Origin: a virus
Lineage: Duplodnaviria; Caudoviricetes
Direction: 5' to 3' (one strand)
IMG/VR virus record: IMGVR_UViG_3300030392_002189
Coordinates: 1-29,004 of that record
Length of the DNA stretch: 29,004 nt
Positions 1 through 9,925 of the stretch are shown here, piece after piece. The notes under the pieces are model-generated. The model did no database searches. It was given only the letters and a program-made list of their open reading frames with translations, and was not told the DNA's origin. Position 1 is the first letter of the stretch; each line of letters starts with the position of its first letter. The translations under genes and the position numbers were made by a program.

Positions 1-576
1 TTACTTATACTTTTGATAGGCAGCTGCCATTTTTGTGTCGTATTTATTGGCTTTATAACCTGGACCATTATAACCACGCGCAAAACCACGCCAATCTAAA
101 GCACGAAGGTTGTCATCAAGACGGTTTAATTTTACAAACTGAACAAAAGCCATTAGGTTTTCTTTGGCACCGGTGCGAATTGAAAAAACAAAATCAAACA
201 CATCGTTATACCCTAAATCTTCAGCCCATTTACCCAATATTTGAAACGTTCCCCAACTGCACGAACGCAAAGCGGCCTCTTCGTCTATTTTACACGCTTT
301 TTCCAAGCGGCTATATTCTGCAATACCGCCTTTGTATTTTCGCTTCCAGGACTTAAACAAAATATCGTTATTACCTTCGGTGTGCTCTTGCGGTACTATT
401 CCTTTTTTTTGAAGCTCACGCCAAAAAATATGACCTTCAAATAGTATTTTTGGGCTTCCATCACTTAAAAAACCACTACCTAAACTTTCAACTTCGGCAA
501 CAGCTTTAACAGCCGCTACTTCACATTTAAGCATTGCAGCAGCTTCTTTATAATCATTTTCGGTAAGTGTTTTCAT
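1..576 (-). CDS. Endolysin, N-acetylmuramidase (DUF3380-like)
   Basis: Motifs AVAEVES, ILFEGHIF, SWGTFQILG and FARGYNGPGY..NKYD; follows the holin at the end of the late operon. Confidence 0.9.
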   Translation of the reverse strand: MKTLTENDYKEAAAMLKCEVAAVKAVAEVESLGSGFLSDGSPKILFEGHIFWRELQKKGIVPQEHTEGNNDILFKSWKRKYKGGIAEYSRLEKACKIDEEAALRSCSWGTFQILGKWAEDLGYNDVFDFVFSIRTGAKENLMAFVQFVKLNRLDDNLRALDWRGFARGYNGPGYKANKYDTKMAAAYQKYK

Positions 577-1141
577 TTTGTTTTTGCTTATTTGTGTTTC
601 CTAAGTCTTGTGGGTTTAATGTTCCTTCAAACTTATCCATCTTGTCAATCCAGCTTTTGGGCGGGAATTTTCCTTTTGTTATAAAACTCATACTTCTAAA
701 TGCTGACCGGGCGGGATAGATAAATACAATTAACCTGGTAATGATGGTTAAATATTCTTTAATGATCGAATCTTCATAAATAATTATGTTCATACCTTCA
801 AATAACAGTGCGCCAAAAAGGACTATAAACATTTTAGTGAACAGCCCAGCTATATTTTTTTTGAATACGAAATCTCGCTGTTTAAGGTATTTCCAAGTTC
901 CCAAAGTGTAATCTACCGCAATAGTGAACAGCACTACTAAAATGTAATCTTCATTATATGCATACCAGTCTAACGCCTTTTGTAACGTTGAAGGTTCACC
1001 TCTTAAAAATGGGGTTGAAAACTCAAATAAATACGTGTAGGTTTTAAAATATATATAGCTTATAGAGCCTACAAATGTTGAAATTTTAACCGCAGATTTT
1101 AGTTGCAAAAAGTAGTAAATCAAAATTGGGATTAAGTTCAT
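554..1141 (-). CDS. Putative holin
   Basis: Several hydrophobic segments and a 'LFTIAVDYTLGTWK' holin-like motif; overlaps the endolysin start. Confidence 0.7.
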   Translation of the reverse strand: MNLIPILIYYFLQLKSAVKISTFVGSISYIYFKTYTYLFEFSTPFLRGEPSTLQKALDWYAYNEDYILVVLFTIAVDYTLGTWKYLKQRDFVFKKNIAGLFTKMFIVLFGALLFEGMNIIIYEDSIIKEYLTIITRLIVFIYPARSAFRSMSFITKGKFPPKSWIDKMDKFEGTLNPQDLGNTNKQKQNENTYRK

Positions 1142-1154
1142 TTTATTCCTATTT

Positions 1155-1358
1155 CTATTTCTTACGTTCTTTAAACATTTTATAGTTTATCCCTGTCTTT
1201 TGCTCAAAGTCTTGTTTTACTTCTTTTTTGGTAATCTTTTCATAAGCTATCCACACCAACCCTGCTGCTGTGGTTGCCATAAATAAATCTTCTTTTAATA
1301 AGTAAACGCCTACGCTTACTATCGCTGCGATTATTCCGAATATTAGTTTTGTTTTCAT
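1155..1358 (-). CDS. Small membrane protein in the lysis region
   Basis: Two hydrophobic helices and a basic C-terminus. Confidence 0.6.
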   Translation of the reverse strand: MKTKLIFGIIAAIVSVGVYLLKEDLFMATTAAGLVWIAYEKITKKEVKQDFEQKTGINYKMFKERKK

Positions 1359-1363
1359 ACTAT

Positions 1364-4300
1364 TTAATCTTCTGTTAATGTTGCGTATGTAATACCGTCA
1401 CCCGCACCTGCTGTGCCGCTTCCGTTATGTACATAATATAGTTTATCTGTACCGGGCATTCTGCAAGGCGCACCCACATCAGCATCGTCAAATGACGTTC
1501 CGCCTACTTCAATTAATGGGGCGTCAGAAACCCTAACATATTTACCATCTATCACTTTTGAAATTGCTAAAAAGATATTGTGAACGAAATTTGAACCATC
1601 CCTACCTTTATATGCTGAATAGAACATTTCATAATAACCGTTATCTTCATTAAACTTAACACTCACACCTGTTAGGCTGCAAGTATCATCTTTAAAACCT
1701 GGAGTAGAAAGTGCTTCCTTTATATCACCTAATGAAGTTAAGTCATTTCCTGAAAAATGGGCTAAATAACCAAATTCCCCTGCGGGTTGGTCAGTTCGTA
1801 TTGTTGAATGGACGTGCCAAACACCATTCTCATAATTAAGGGTTGATTGCCGTATGTATATACCGTCACCTGTTAAATCCTTAATAACCCCTTGTGGAGT
1901 TAAAGAACCTATATCAGCCCCTGTAGCATATAGTAGTTTTCCTTCTGTCCTGTCTGTATAAACTACGTGAAATAAAGAACCTACTTTTTTAACAGCACAT
2001 CCCGCTATATCATCCACTTCAAGAGCGTAAGCTACTTGTGCAGTCCAATTGTGTGGGTCTGAAACATCTGAAGTAGCTAAACATAAACCCTTAAAATCAT
2101 TGTTGCTATCACGTGTAGAATAAAGTAAGTAATTAGTGTCATCAACGGTTTCCATGTCGAAATCACCAATTTGGCTACTGTCTTTTGGTGCGTTAAAACC
2201 TTTTGCGATTACACTGCTTCCTAATTTTGTTGCAGTGTATGAAACCGTACTATCAATAGGTTGTGGTGCTATAGGAATTATCGTGAAATTATCGATTTGC
2301 GTGGAAGAAGTTGCACCGCCCCTTCTAAATCCAAATTTTGTATATGAAGATGCAATAGGTATTTCAATAAATGCTTTTACTTCATTACCAACAACTATTT
2401 TTAATTCCCTATCAATCAACCATAATTCAAATAAACCACCATTTGTTAAATTAGTGTCATCTGACCAAACCACATTATTGCTGCCACCCGAAACTTGTGT
2501 TAAGGAAGTTAATGTGCCACTCTTGTATAGGTTTAAATAATCATCTGCGCTGTCATATCTCAAAATAACCTGCATTGCATCAATATATGGTGTCGTAAAC
2601 TTAAAAATGCAATCTGCATATCCTAAATCGTGGTGCATATCTAAAGGTACACCAGAAACACCAGATTCATTTTTTAGTGTGTTTCCGATAATTTCCCAAT
2701 CGCCATTTAAAATAGTCCATCCATTAGCACCTAAATTACTATCTGGCGTATGTGATGTTATACTTGTGCCGTTTGTATCTGTAAATGTATCGTGAATGGA
2801 AATTGAATATAAATTGTTTTCAACTTCCTGTGTTGTGGTATCTGCATACGTAGCAACTGCTTTAATTGCTGTAGCGGGTACAGTTGGTGACCAACTAGCT
2901 ACTTCCCAAATATCACCGCTTATGTTTACGGCATCGTCTATACTTACCCAAGTATCAGATAGGTTTTTATAGAAAAACTCTACACTTTCTGCATTTTCGG
3001 CTTCTACAGTTGGGTTTAACGTATCACCCTCTTCAATTTCAGTTCGTGGGGTTGGTGATGTTATGAATAAATAACTATTGGAACGGATTATTTCTTCAGC
3101 TATAATGTAGTCTTTAATAGTAATATGCCATCCCGAAGCAGCACCTAACCACTCATACATAATTCTATACGTATCGCCTGATGATGAAAAGCTAAACGTT
3201 GTCTTGTCTGAAGAAATAGTAACATTTGTAGCACCGCTAATATCATAAGAATAAGGCATTGTGCTTAATACTAAATCGCTACCGTCTGTTATAAATTCTT
3301 CTGAAGTGAAAGATGTAATTTTTGCATTGGTGTTATCTAAAGTAACATTCCTACTGCCAGACTGCGTTACTTTATTGCTTCCGTGACGGGTGTATATTTT
3401 ATCTGCTTTAACAGTGTCTGTTGGGCTTTCTTCTATACGGGATATGCCTGAGGATTCCCCCCCAGGATTACTCAAAATCAAATAATCTTCTTCATCGCCA
3501 TCGGTTGTGCCTAAGTATAATACCAAAGCACCACCGCTTGTAATGGTTGTAAAATCTGTGGCATCGGTTACAAAATACTCTTCGCCTTCTTCCTGTGCGT
3601 TTTGGTCTGTAATTAATGCGGTTACATCTGCATAAATATCGGTGTCGGGGTCTATGTCTGTGCCGCCAGAAGGAGGTGCAGCTTCCCACTTTCCAGTAGT
3701 AGTATTATAGGTTAATACCGACCCATTAAGTATTGGTGTGGTCGTTAGGTCGCGGGGTATATTTAAATCCCATAAATCTGCAAGGCTCATTCCTTTCACG
3801 GGTGCATCTTCATTGAGCAATAAAAAATCAGAAGCTGTGGCTGTTCCTATTTCGGGATCGGTTGCAGCATCGTCACCGCCCCAAAAAGTAAAACCAGTAC
3901 CTACAAACTTCCAAATAGTAGGCTGGCCATCCAGCTCGGCAGTGATAAACTTTGTACCTACTATTTGCCACGCATCGCCACCATCACCCAAATTAAAAGC
4001 ATCTTCTACTGGGCCAGAACCAATATCGCCTAAATCTAAAAACAGATCTTCATTGGTTTCAGGATTGCGTACATAAGGCCCTCCTGAAATAACCAAATCA
4101 TTTCCCGTTACCAAAGTACTACCACCGATAGAAGCTCCAGAAAACCCTTTTTTTAACTCAAAATACGTTATCGTAACACTATAATCATCTGTATAATTAC
4201 TTTCAAAACCACTCACAGAAAATGTTCTAAACACAATGCGGCCACCAGGTATATTGTTAAATGGCCCCGAAGCATTAATAGCATCGGCTATATAATTTAG

Positions 4301-4522
4301 TAGCGGTTGGTTTGTGTCTATACCGTTAAGGTTAAGGTCGTATTCTGTTATCGGCACTGTACCAAAAGGCCTAAAAGCACCAACAGGCACTAGTTTTAAC
4401 GTACCACCTGGTCCCGATTGTGGTCCAGACGTGGCGCTTTTATCTAAAAACAACGCATAGTCACCTGATACAATCTCACTTATTGAGCCTATTGTTACAT
4501 CACTTATTTTTATATCAGCCAT
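1364..4522 (-). CDS. Tail fibre/receptor-binding protein; possible lectin-like domain and C-terminal beta-propeller (glycoside hydrolase-like)
   Basis: MADIKISD N-terminus, NGSVLTYNTTTGKWE linker, DTFTDTNGT..SHTPD motif, C-terminal blade-like repeats (FDDADVGAP..KLYY); acidic and T/S/G-rich; last tail gene. Confidence 0.65.
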   Translation of the reverse strand: MADIKISDVTIGSISEIVSGDYALFLDKSATSGPQSGPGGTLKLVPVGAFRPFGTVPITEYDLNLNGIDTNQPLLNYIADAINASGPFNNIPGGRIVFRTFSVSGFESNYTDDYSVTITYFELKKGFSGASIGGSTLVTGNDLVISGGPYVRNPETNEDLFLDLGDIGSGPVEDAFNLGDGGDAWQIVGTKFITAELDGQPTIWKFVGTGFTFWGGDDAATDPEIGTATASDFLLLNEDAPVKGMSLADLWDLNIPRDLTTTPILNGSVLTYNTTTGKWEAAPPSGGTDIDPDTDIYADVTALITDQNAQEEGEEYFVTDATDFTTITSGGALVLYLGTTDGDEEDYLILSNPGGESSGISRIEESPTDTVKADKIYTRHGSNKVTQSGSRNVTLDNTNAKITSFTSEEFITDGSDLVLSTMPYSYDISGATNVTISSDKTTFSFSSSGDTYRIMYEWLGAASGWHITIKDYIIAEEIIRSNSYLFITSPTPRTEIEEGDTLNPTVEAENAESVEFFYKNLSDTWVSIDDAVNISGDIWEVASWSPTVPATAIKAVATYADTTTQEVENNLYSISIHDTFTDTNGTSITSHTPDSNLGANGWTILNGDWEIIGNTLKNESGVSGVPLDMHHDLGYADCIFKFTTPYIDAMQVILRYDSADDYLNLYKSGTLTSLTQVSGGSNNVVWSDDTNLTNGGLFELWLIDRELKIVVGNEVKAFIEIPIASSYTKFGFRRGGATSSTQIDNFTIIPIAPQPIDSTVSYTATKLGSSVIAKGFNAPKDSSQIGDFDMETVDDTNYLLYSTRDSNNDFKGLCLATSDVSDPHNWTAQVAYALEVDDIAGCAVKKVGSLFHVVYTDRTEGKLLYATGADIGSLTPQGVIKDLTGDGIYIRQSTLNYENGVWHVHSTIRTDQPAGEFGYLAHFSGNDLTSLGDIKEALSTPGFKDDTCSLTGVSVKFNEDNGYYEMFYSAYKGRDGSNFVHNIFLAISKVIDGKYVRVSDAPLIEVGGTSFDDADVGAPCRMPGTDKLYYVHNGSGTAGAGDGITYATLTED

Positions 4523-4655
4523 TATTTTCTGGTATTAATTTTTTATTATCTTCTGTTGTTATATTGTTTCCATCTTCTAACAGCAAATACACCGTTTCTT
4601 CTGGTGGCGGTGGCGGGTCTTGTACCCTCACGAATATTTGATGTTTAAGCCTCAT
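4515..4655 (-). CDS. 46-aa tail-associated protein (missing from the ORF track)
   Basis: Hand translation MRLKHQIFVRVQDPPPPPEETVYLLLEDGNNITTEDNKKLIPENNG; overlaps both neighbouring genes. Confidence 0.65.
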   Translation of the reverse strand: MRLKHQIFVRVQDPPPPPEETVYLLLEDGNNITTEDNKKLIPENNG

Positions 4656-6795
4656 AATCCCTTACTTTTTCGTTTTTAAATTCTATAAATGTGGCTCTGG
4701 TTTCGTTTTCACCAAAGATGAGTTCTAACCGTAACGGGATCCATCGCCTAAACCCTTCGCCTACTTCGTAGCCTGTTAATGATAATGGAAACACCAACCC
4801 TGCCGTAGTACCTTCAAACATCACTAATCCTGTAGGGTAGTTGTCGTGTATCATTTCGCTTAAAATATACCCGAAACGCTGTGCGTGCCGTTGGTGGGTT
4901 GTTTTACGCCATTGCTCGCGGTAATTGTGCAACGTGGCGGTTTGTGGGTCACCAGCCGCGCCAGATTCACGCACTAACAACCTATCACCTGTGCGTACTA
5001 TATGACCATCTGGTAGGTCTAAAAAAATGTAATATTGCCCTGCATTTATCCATCTTACACTTTGTACATATTCTGGAAAGTCGCTGTCTATTCGCTGTAA
5101 ATAAATTTTTGTAGGTTGTGTTATCACCCGTAAATAATCAGTTTCGTTTGCAACAAGCAGCCCCCAACCTAACGGGTTATTATCACCATCATATGCATAG
5201 GTTTGCCCAAAGGGTACTTCGGTAAACTCTGCTTCAGGGATTACAGGTTGGTAGATAAAGTTGTTTTTCACTTTATCCAGTACACTATCACCGTGTTTTA
5301 TATCTAAGGTTTCAGTTTGGGTGAAATCTATATCCCGCCGCTTACTAAATGTTTTTTGTTGTTGGTCTATGTAGTTTATTTCCAAAACTTCAATTTGTAC
5401 AGGCTGACCGGTATATTTACTGTAAGGGTGGTGAATGCGTACATCTAAAAAACCACTTTGTTTTAACCTATAATCTTCAATAACAAGCGTAGAAGTAGCT
5501 TTCCCAAATGTTGAAGATATTTCAGTTTTATCAAAATCAGGTAAATAATTGTCACGTGATGTGAAGTTTTTTCTATTTGAAATAATAGAAGTTCCACCTA
5601 AAAGAATATCATAAACCAATGTGTCTACCGTTGGCGGATCATCAAAAAACGTATCTGCATAAACGGTACTTAATGTAATTTTTATTGAAAGTTTTTCACC
5701 ATTTCCACCTTTAACATAAACAGGATTCTTAAATGATATGTAGTTATTATACACTTGCGCGTCATTAGCCTCTTCATAAATACCTGCCGCACTTATAAAT
5801 GATTGCACCTGTAGATCTTCGCCATCATATTCAGGAATAGGTGAAGCTATCATAGAACCTAATATTGGTGTTATTCCCGTTCCTTTCCAATATTTAGGTA
5901 ACGGAAACTCATCTGTATCACTTGTTTTCGTCCACGGTTGTACTACAATATCTTCAGGGAACAATGGGTTTACATCACTTACCCCACTATTAACAATAAC
6001 CTCTTTATACGGTGGTTTTAACGTAATTTGTGGTGATGCGTTCCAGTCGTTATAAGTGGTTGATAAAACAGCATTTGCCACATCGCTTACATAAACACCA
6101 TCGGCATCTATATGGTAATACGAAGCAGGGTTTTTACTACGGCGGTTATAGCCTTCTACATACCACCGTCCGTTTTGCTGAAACAACGTGCAAGCGGTTT
6201 CTTTTAAAACGGCTTCTAAAATTTCGTAACAATCGGCTTTACTGGTTTCATCACCCCACGAAGCACCATCTATAAATATAGAATCCCATCTTCCGGCATT
6301 GGGCGCCACGTTTTCTATTGCGGGACTTAAATATATATCTAACGCTAAACCTGTTTTTTTAAGGCAATCGGCTAAAATCTTTGTATAACTATGTCTTGCT
6401 CTGTACCAAGCATCGCTAAATTTTTTACCTTTTAATCTTGCTAATCCATCAGTAGCGGTTAAATCAATAAAAAAAGTACCAGTGGTAAATGGCTCGCTAT
6501 ATTCATCGGGCAACAAAAAACCTTCCCATAACGTATTATCGTCCTGGTCGCGAACAATGGTTTTAAATTTGGTTTCGTTTCCTGTAAAAAGGTGATCGTA
6601 AAACAAAGAGTTTAACGACTGACTGTAATCTACTTCCATTGCAAATTCCAGTCTGGAAGCCATTAGGTTTACCAGCTTTGTGTCACCGCCATCATAATAG
6701 AGTTTACAACTACCTTTTTCAGCAAAATTTTCAGGAATAGGACGAATAGCCGGCACCGTAGTATCATAAATCGATATGGAAATACACTCAATCAT
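4645..6795 (-). CDS. Tail tip/structural tail protein
   Basis: 716 aa directly after the tape measure gene with TAATG coupling; LWEGFLLPDEYSE and LTATDGLARLK motifs. Confidence 0.7.
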   Translation of the reverse strand: MIECISISIYDTTVPAIRPIPENFAEKGSCKLYYDGGDTKLVNLMASRLEFAMEVDYSQSLNSLFYDHLFTGNETKFKTIVRDQDDNTLWEGFLLPDEYSEPFTTGTFFIDLTATDGLARLKGKKFSDAWYRARHSYTKILADCLKKTGLALDIYLSPAIENVAPNAGRWDSIFIDGASWGDETSKADCYEILEAVLKETACTLFQQNGRWYVEGYNRRSKNPASYYHIDADGVYVSDVANAVLSTTYNDWNASPQITLKPPYKEVIVNSGVSDVNPLFPEDIVVQPWTKTSDTDEFPLPKYWKGTGITPILGSMIASPIPEYDGEDLQVQSFISAAGIYEEANDAQVYNNYISFKNPVYVKGGNGEKLSIKITLSTVYADTFFDDPPTVDTLVYDILLGGTSIISNRKNFTSRDNYLPDFDKTEISSTFGKATSTLVIEDYRLKQSGFLDVRIHHPYSKYTGQPVQIEVLEINYIDQQQKTFSKRRDIDFTQTETLDIKHGDSVLDKVKNNFIYQPVIPEAEFTEVPFGQTYAYDGDNNPLGWGLLVANETDYLRVITQPTKIYLQRIDSDFPEYVQSVRWINAGQYYIFLDLPDGHIVRTGDRLLVRESGAAGDPQTATLHNYREQWRKTTHQRHAQRFGYILSEMIHDNYPTGLVMFEGTTAGLVFPLSLTGYEVGEGFRRWIPLRLELIFGENETRATFIEFKNEKVRDYEA

Positions 6796-8951
6796 TACCC
6801 TATACGTCTTTGGTTGGTTCTATCCAGCGCTAAGGCTAGATCCTTACCGTTTATTTTAAATTCGCCACTTAATTCTACTTTACCACTTCCGCCGCCATCG
6901 CCAGGGCTTATAAATTCTTTAAGTTTACTTAATGGCGAAACCACTTCGGGATCAAACGCGGCGTTACGGTTATCACCAATAATCGATAAGGTTTCACCAA
7001 ACACAACCCCACCGTTAGCCAGTGCCACTTCACCGGGTGCATTTGCCATTGAAGATTTTATTAAATTACCGAATGCAATAAGCGCAATACCCGCTACTGC
7101 TGCTAAAGTTGGATTTAACTCAAACGCAGCTATAATCGCTTCAACACCAATTGCTGTTTTTATAGCTATCTCTCCTAATCTTATCATTAAATCACCCAAA
7201 GTACCAAGCGCTAGATTTGCAATATCTTTTAACCCAGCAGTACCGTTTGCAAAACCAGCCAATAGCTTTCCAAATCCTGCCGCTAAACTTTCAATTGCAC
7301 TTTCAACCAATGGCGCTACCTGTGAACTTAAAGCAACACCAACCTCTAATGCTTTGGTTTGTGCAGCGGTTAACGGTGCTACAACACCTCTGGCCATTAC
7401 ACCAATTTCACCAATGGCAGCAGCCATTTTTTTAGCACCTTCAGGTTCTAATGAATTAACAGATTCTACTTTAGCGCGGTAGCCTTCCAGTTCTTTATTT
7501 GTGTTTTGTATTGCTGTGGTCTGCTCGTTAAATTGGGCGGCCACTTCTTTGTTTTCACTTAAAAAAGAAACTATTTTTTCCTGAAGAAGGTTTAATTGCT
7601 TTTCTTCTTCTGAAAGGTTCGCCACCACATCTTTAGCGGTTTTTGAAACAAACGCCCCGGCATTACCAGCAGCCGTAAAACCATTGGCTAAATTTTGCCA
7701 CAACGAAGGTTGCGCAGCAGCATTTGTACCTAACTGAAGGTTTAACAGCTCGCGCTCTACTTCTACCAGTTTTTCTTGGGCGGCTTGTACTTTTGCCTTT
7801 AGCAATAAAGACTGTACATACTTATCGGTAGCGGCTTTTGCCTTGTCGGTGTTTACCGTTTCTAAAGAAAGTTCTTTGTTGTATTGCGGTACAATTTCGT
7901 TAAGCTTGTTGATCGCCTTTATACGTTCTTCTTTGCTTAACTTTTCGTTTCTGGCAGTACGTAAAAGTGTATCTAATTGTACTTTTTCATCTGCAATATT
8001 ATCGGCTGCTTTTGCCGTAATATCTGAATATTCCTTAGTCGCATTGGTTAAAGCGGTAAACCTACTGTTAGCAACCAGCGCAGCACCAGCCGTAGCGGCT
8101 AAAACCGTTGCCAACAACCCAATAGGGTTAGAAGCTATTGCAACTTTTAAAGCGGCAAGCGCACTAATTAAACCAGGAATAACATTGGTGGCCAAAAACC
8201 CAATAGAAACCAATACGGGACCTATTGAAGCTGCCAAAGCCGAAACCACAACTATTATTTTTTTGGTTTCTGGTGAAAGGTTTTTAAAGGATTTTGCAAC
8301 ATCGCCTATTTTATCAATAAACGGATTAATGGCGTCTATTAAAATAGCGCCAAAATCGGCTGCCAATAGTTTTAAATTATCTTTTAATGTGGAAAGACGG
8401 CCGTTAAAGGTTTTGCTTTGGCGTTCCATACCGCCTGCAAAATCCACTTCACCAATATTCAGTAAATATTCCTGTATGGCGGCGGCATCTTTTTTAACGG
8501 TGGTTTCTATCCCTTTAAATGTAAACGTAACCCGATCACCTTGTTGTTTTGCCTTAATACCAAACTCTTTAAGGCGTTCAAACTCACCCGTTGCGGCATC
8601 GGCAACAGCTTCTACCACTTGGTTAAGGCTTTTGCCCATTGCGGCGGCGGTGTTACCATAACTAGTTAACGCCCGTTCGCTAGGATCCAGCCCTAAGTTT
8701 TTAAGTTTTATAAATGCTTCGGCAACTTGATCTACTTGAAAAGGCGTTGTAGCAGCAAATTTGTTAATCTGGTCAAACGCTTTTTTTGCGGCGGCTTCGT
8801 TACCTTCCAGTGCGGTAACCAAAGACGTGTTAAGCGTTTCAAAATCGGCTGCGGTTTTAATGGATAACGCACCCAGCCCGGCAAGCGGCAAAGACAACCC
8901 AGCGGTTAAATTAGCACCGGTACGCTGTAAGTTTTTACCAAATTTTTTCAT
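6795..8951 (-). CDS. Tape measure protein (open frame extends upstream to 9035 without a start codon)
   Basis: Ala-rich helical protein with FAATTPF tape-measure motif and C-terminal LANGGVVFG..IGD...PEVVSPL. Confidence 0.92.
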   Translation of the reverse strand: MKKFGKNLQRTGANLTAGLSLPLAGLGALSIKTAADFETLNTSLVTALEGNEAAAKKAFDQINKFAATTPFQVDQVAEAFIKLKNLGLDPSERALTSYGNTAAAMGKSLNQVVEAVADAATGEFERLKEFGIKAKQQGDRVTFTFKGIETTVKKDAAAIQEYLLNIGEVDFAGGMERQSKTFNGRLSTLKDNLKLLAADFGAILIDAINPFIDKIGDVAKSFKNLSPETKKIIVVVSALAASIGPVLVSIGFLATNVIPGLISALAALKVAIASNPIGLLATVLAATAGAALVANSRFTALTNATKEYSDITAKAADNIADEKVQLDTLLRTARNEKLSKEERIKAINKLNEIVPQYNKELSLETVNTDKAKAATDKYVQSLLLKAKVQAAQEKLVEVERELLNLQLGTNAAAQPSLWQNLANGFTAAGNAGAFVSKTAKDVVANLSEEEKQLNLLQEKIVSFLSENKEVAAQFNEQTTAIQNTNKELEGYRAKVESVNSLEPEGAKKMAAAIGEIGVMARGVVAPLTAAQTKALEVGVALSSQVAPLVESAIESLAAGFGKLLAGFANGTAGLKDIANLALGTLGDLMIRLGEIAIKTAIGVEAIIAAFELNPTLAAVAGIALIAFGNLIKSSMANAPGEVALANGGVVFGETLSIIGDNRNAAFDPEVVSPLSKLKEFISPGDGGGSGKVELSGEFKINGKDLALALDRTNQRRIG

Positions 8952-9040
8952 TTGGCGTTCAGCGTTCTGGATCTGTGAACTAAACTGCTCTAGATCAGCA
9001 TTAAACTTAATATTTATAGATGCAAGGTTTGCGCTTCAGC

Positions 9041-9556
9041 TTATAATTTTAAGTTATTAATTCTTTCTGTATAAGTAGTTTTACCGTTTAAAATCATCCA
9101 TACCCAACCTTGGGTACAATTTAATTCTTTAGCAATTTGTCTATAAAACAAACCTTCTTTTCTTAATTTAAACATTTTAACTATTTGCTCTTCATCGAAA
9201 CCACATTTAGTTTCAGCCATTTTAGAAATTATTTTCTTTCTGGCTTTTTTTGGTATATCGTGATAATTATCAACATAACTTCCCAAAACAATGTTATCAG
9301 CTTTATTATTTAATTTATCACCATCTAAATGTCTTACAACTTGTAAGTTATAAATAGATTTACCAAATAAACAAAACGCTTGTAAGCGGTGAACAGCTAC
9401 ATTTTTAAATGTTTTTTTAACTCTTGAACCAGTACCAAAGATTAAATAACCTTCACTGTTTTTTGTAGTAATAACTTTTTCGTTGTTTGAATTATAAACA
9501 ACACCAGTTTTATCAACTCTATAACCTCTTTTATATGCAATTTCTTCGTTTCTCAT
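9041..9556 (-). CDS. HNH homing-type endonuclease with C-terminal HTH
   Basis: VHRLQA...VVRHLDGDKLNNKADN motif; YRQIAKELNCTQGWV HTH. Confidence 0.85.
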   Translation of the reverse strand: MRNEEIAYKRGYRVDKTGVVYNSNNEKVITTKNSEGYLIFGTGSRVKKTFKNVAVHRLQAFCLFGKSIYNLQVVRHLDGDKLNNKADNIVLGSYVDNYHDIPKKARKKIISKMAETKCGFDEEQIVKMFKLRKEGLFYRQIAKELNCTQGWVWMILNGKTTYTERINNLKL

Positions 9557-9714
9557 TAGTTCAAGTGAATTAATGGAAATGAAGTAAGCTTCACACCAAG
9601 GTTAGATAAATACTCTTTTAATAATTTTTGTTCTTTTTGCCGCTCTATTTTTTCTAAAGTGGCTCGTAGACTTTCAATAGCATTACTGCTATTTTTTTGT
9701 GGATTGTTTCGCAT
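9556..9714 (-). CDS. 52-aa protein; start codon covered by an antisense element
   Basis: ATG at 9714 after an AT-rich leader; coupled to the HNH gene (TAATG). Confidence 0.55.
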   Translation of the reverse strand: MRNNPQKNSSNAIESLRATLEKIERQKEQKLLKEYLSNLGVKLTSFPLIHLN

Positions 9715-9871
9715 AACAAAATAATTTGAGTTTTGAGCAGCAGCGGGTAGGTCGCTGCGAAACAATCCACAGTCAAACTGAAGAGTTGCGATACTTGCAA
9801 TCGCTCGCCTACCCATAGGCTCATTAAAATTTTTCTTGTGGTGACCATAAAATGAATTGTTTCGCACCACA
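9698..9871 (-). ncRNA. Structured leader / antisense-switch-like RNA
   Basis: 9756-9771 is the exact reverse complement of 9698-9713; near-copy at 9853-9866; stems 9745-9751/9808-9814 and 9788-9792/9800-9804. Confidence 0.6.
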
Positions 9872-9904
9872 AATATAAGAATTAAAATCAATATGTATAT
9901 CAAA
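9870..9904 (-). promoter_or_regulatory. Bacteroidota-type sigma70 promoter
   Basis: TATATTTG (9877-9870) fits the -7 TAnnTTTG box; TTTG lies 23 nt upstream, slightly longer than typical spacing. Confidence 0.55.
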
Positions 9905-9925
9905 ATAATCATATTTACATTTTAG

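Noticed and set aside
6814-9060. Long + strand ORFs (222, 272 and 99 aa) and similar ORFs elsewhere
   Set aside because: Antisense shadows of well-supported minus-strand genes.
9556-9912. 118-aa ORF and overlapping 72-aa ORF 9654-9872
   Set aside because: The upstream part runs through the promoter and structured leader; ATG at 9714 is the more plausible start.
9033-9917. Group I/II intron call
   Set aside because: I could not identify intron core elements or canonical boundaries by eye, and the insert has its own promoter; left as an open test only.
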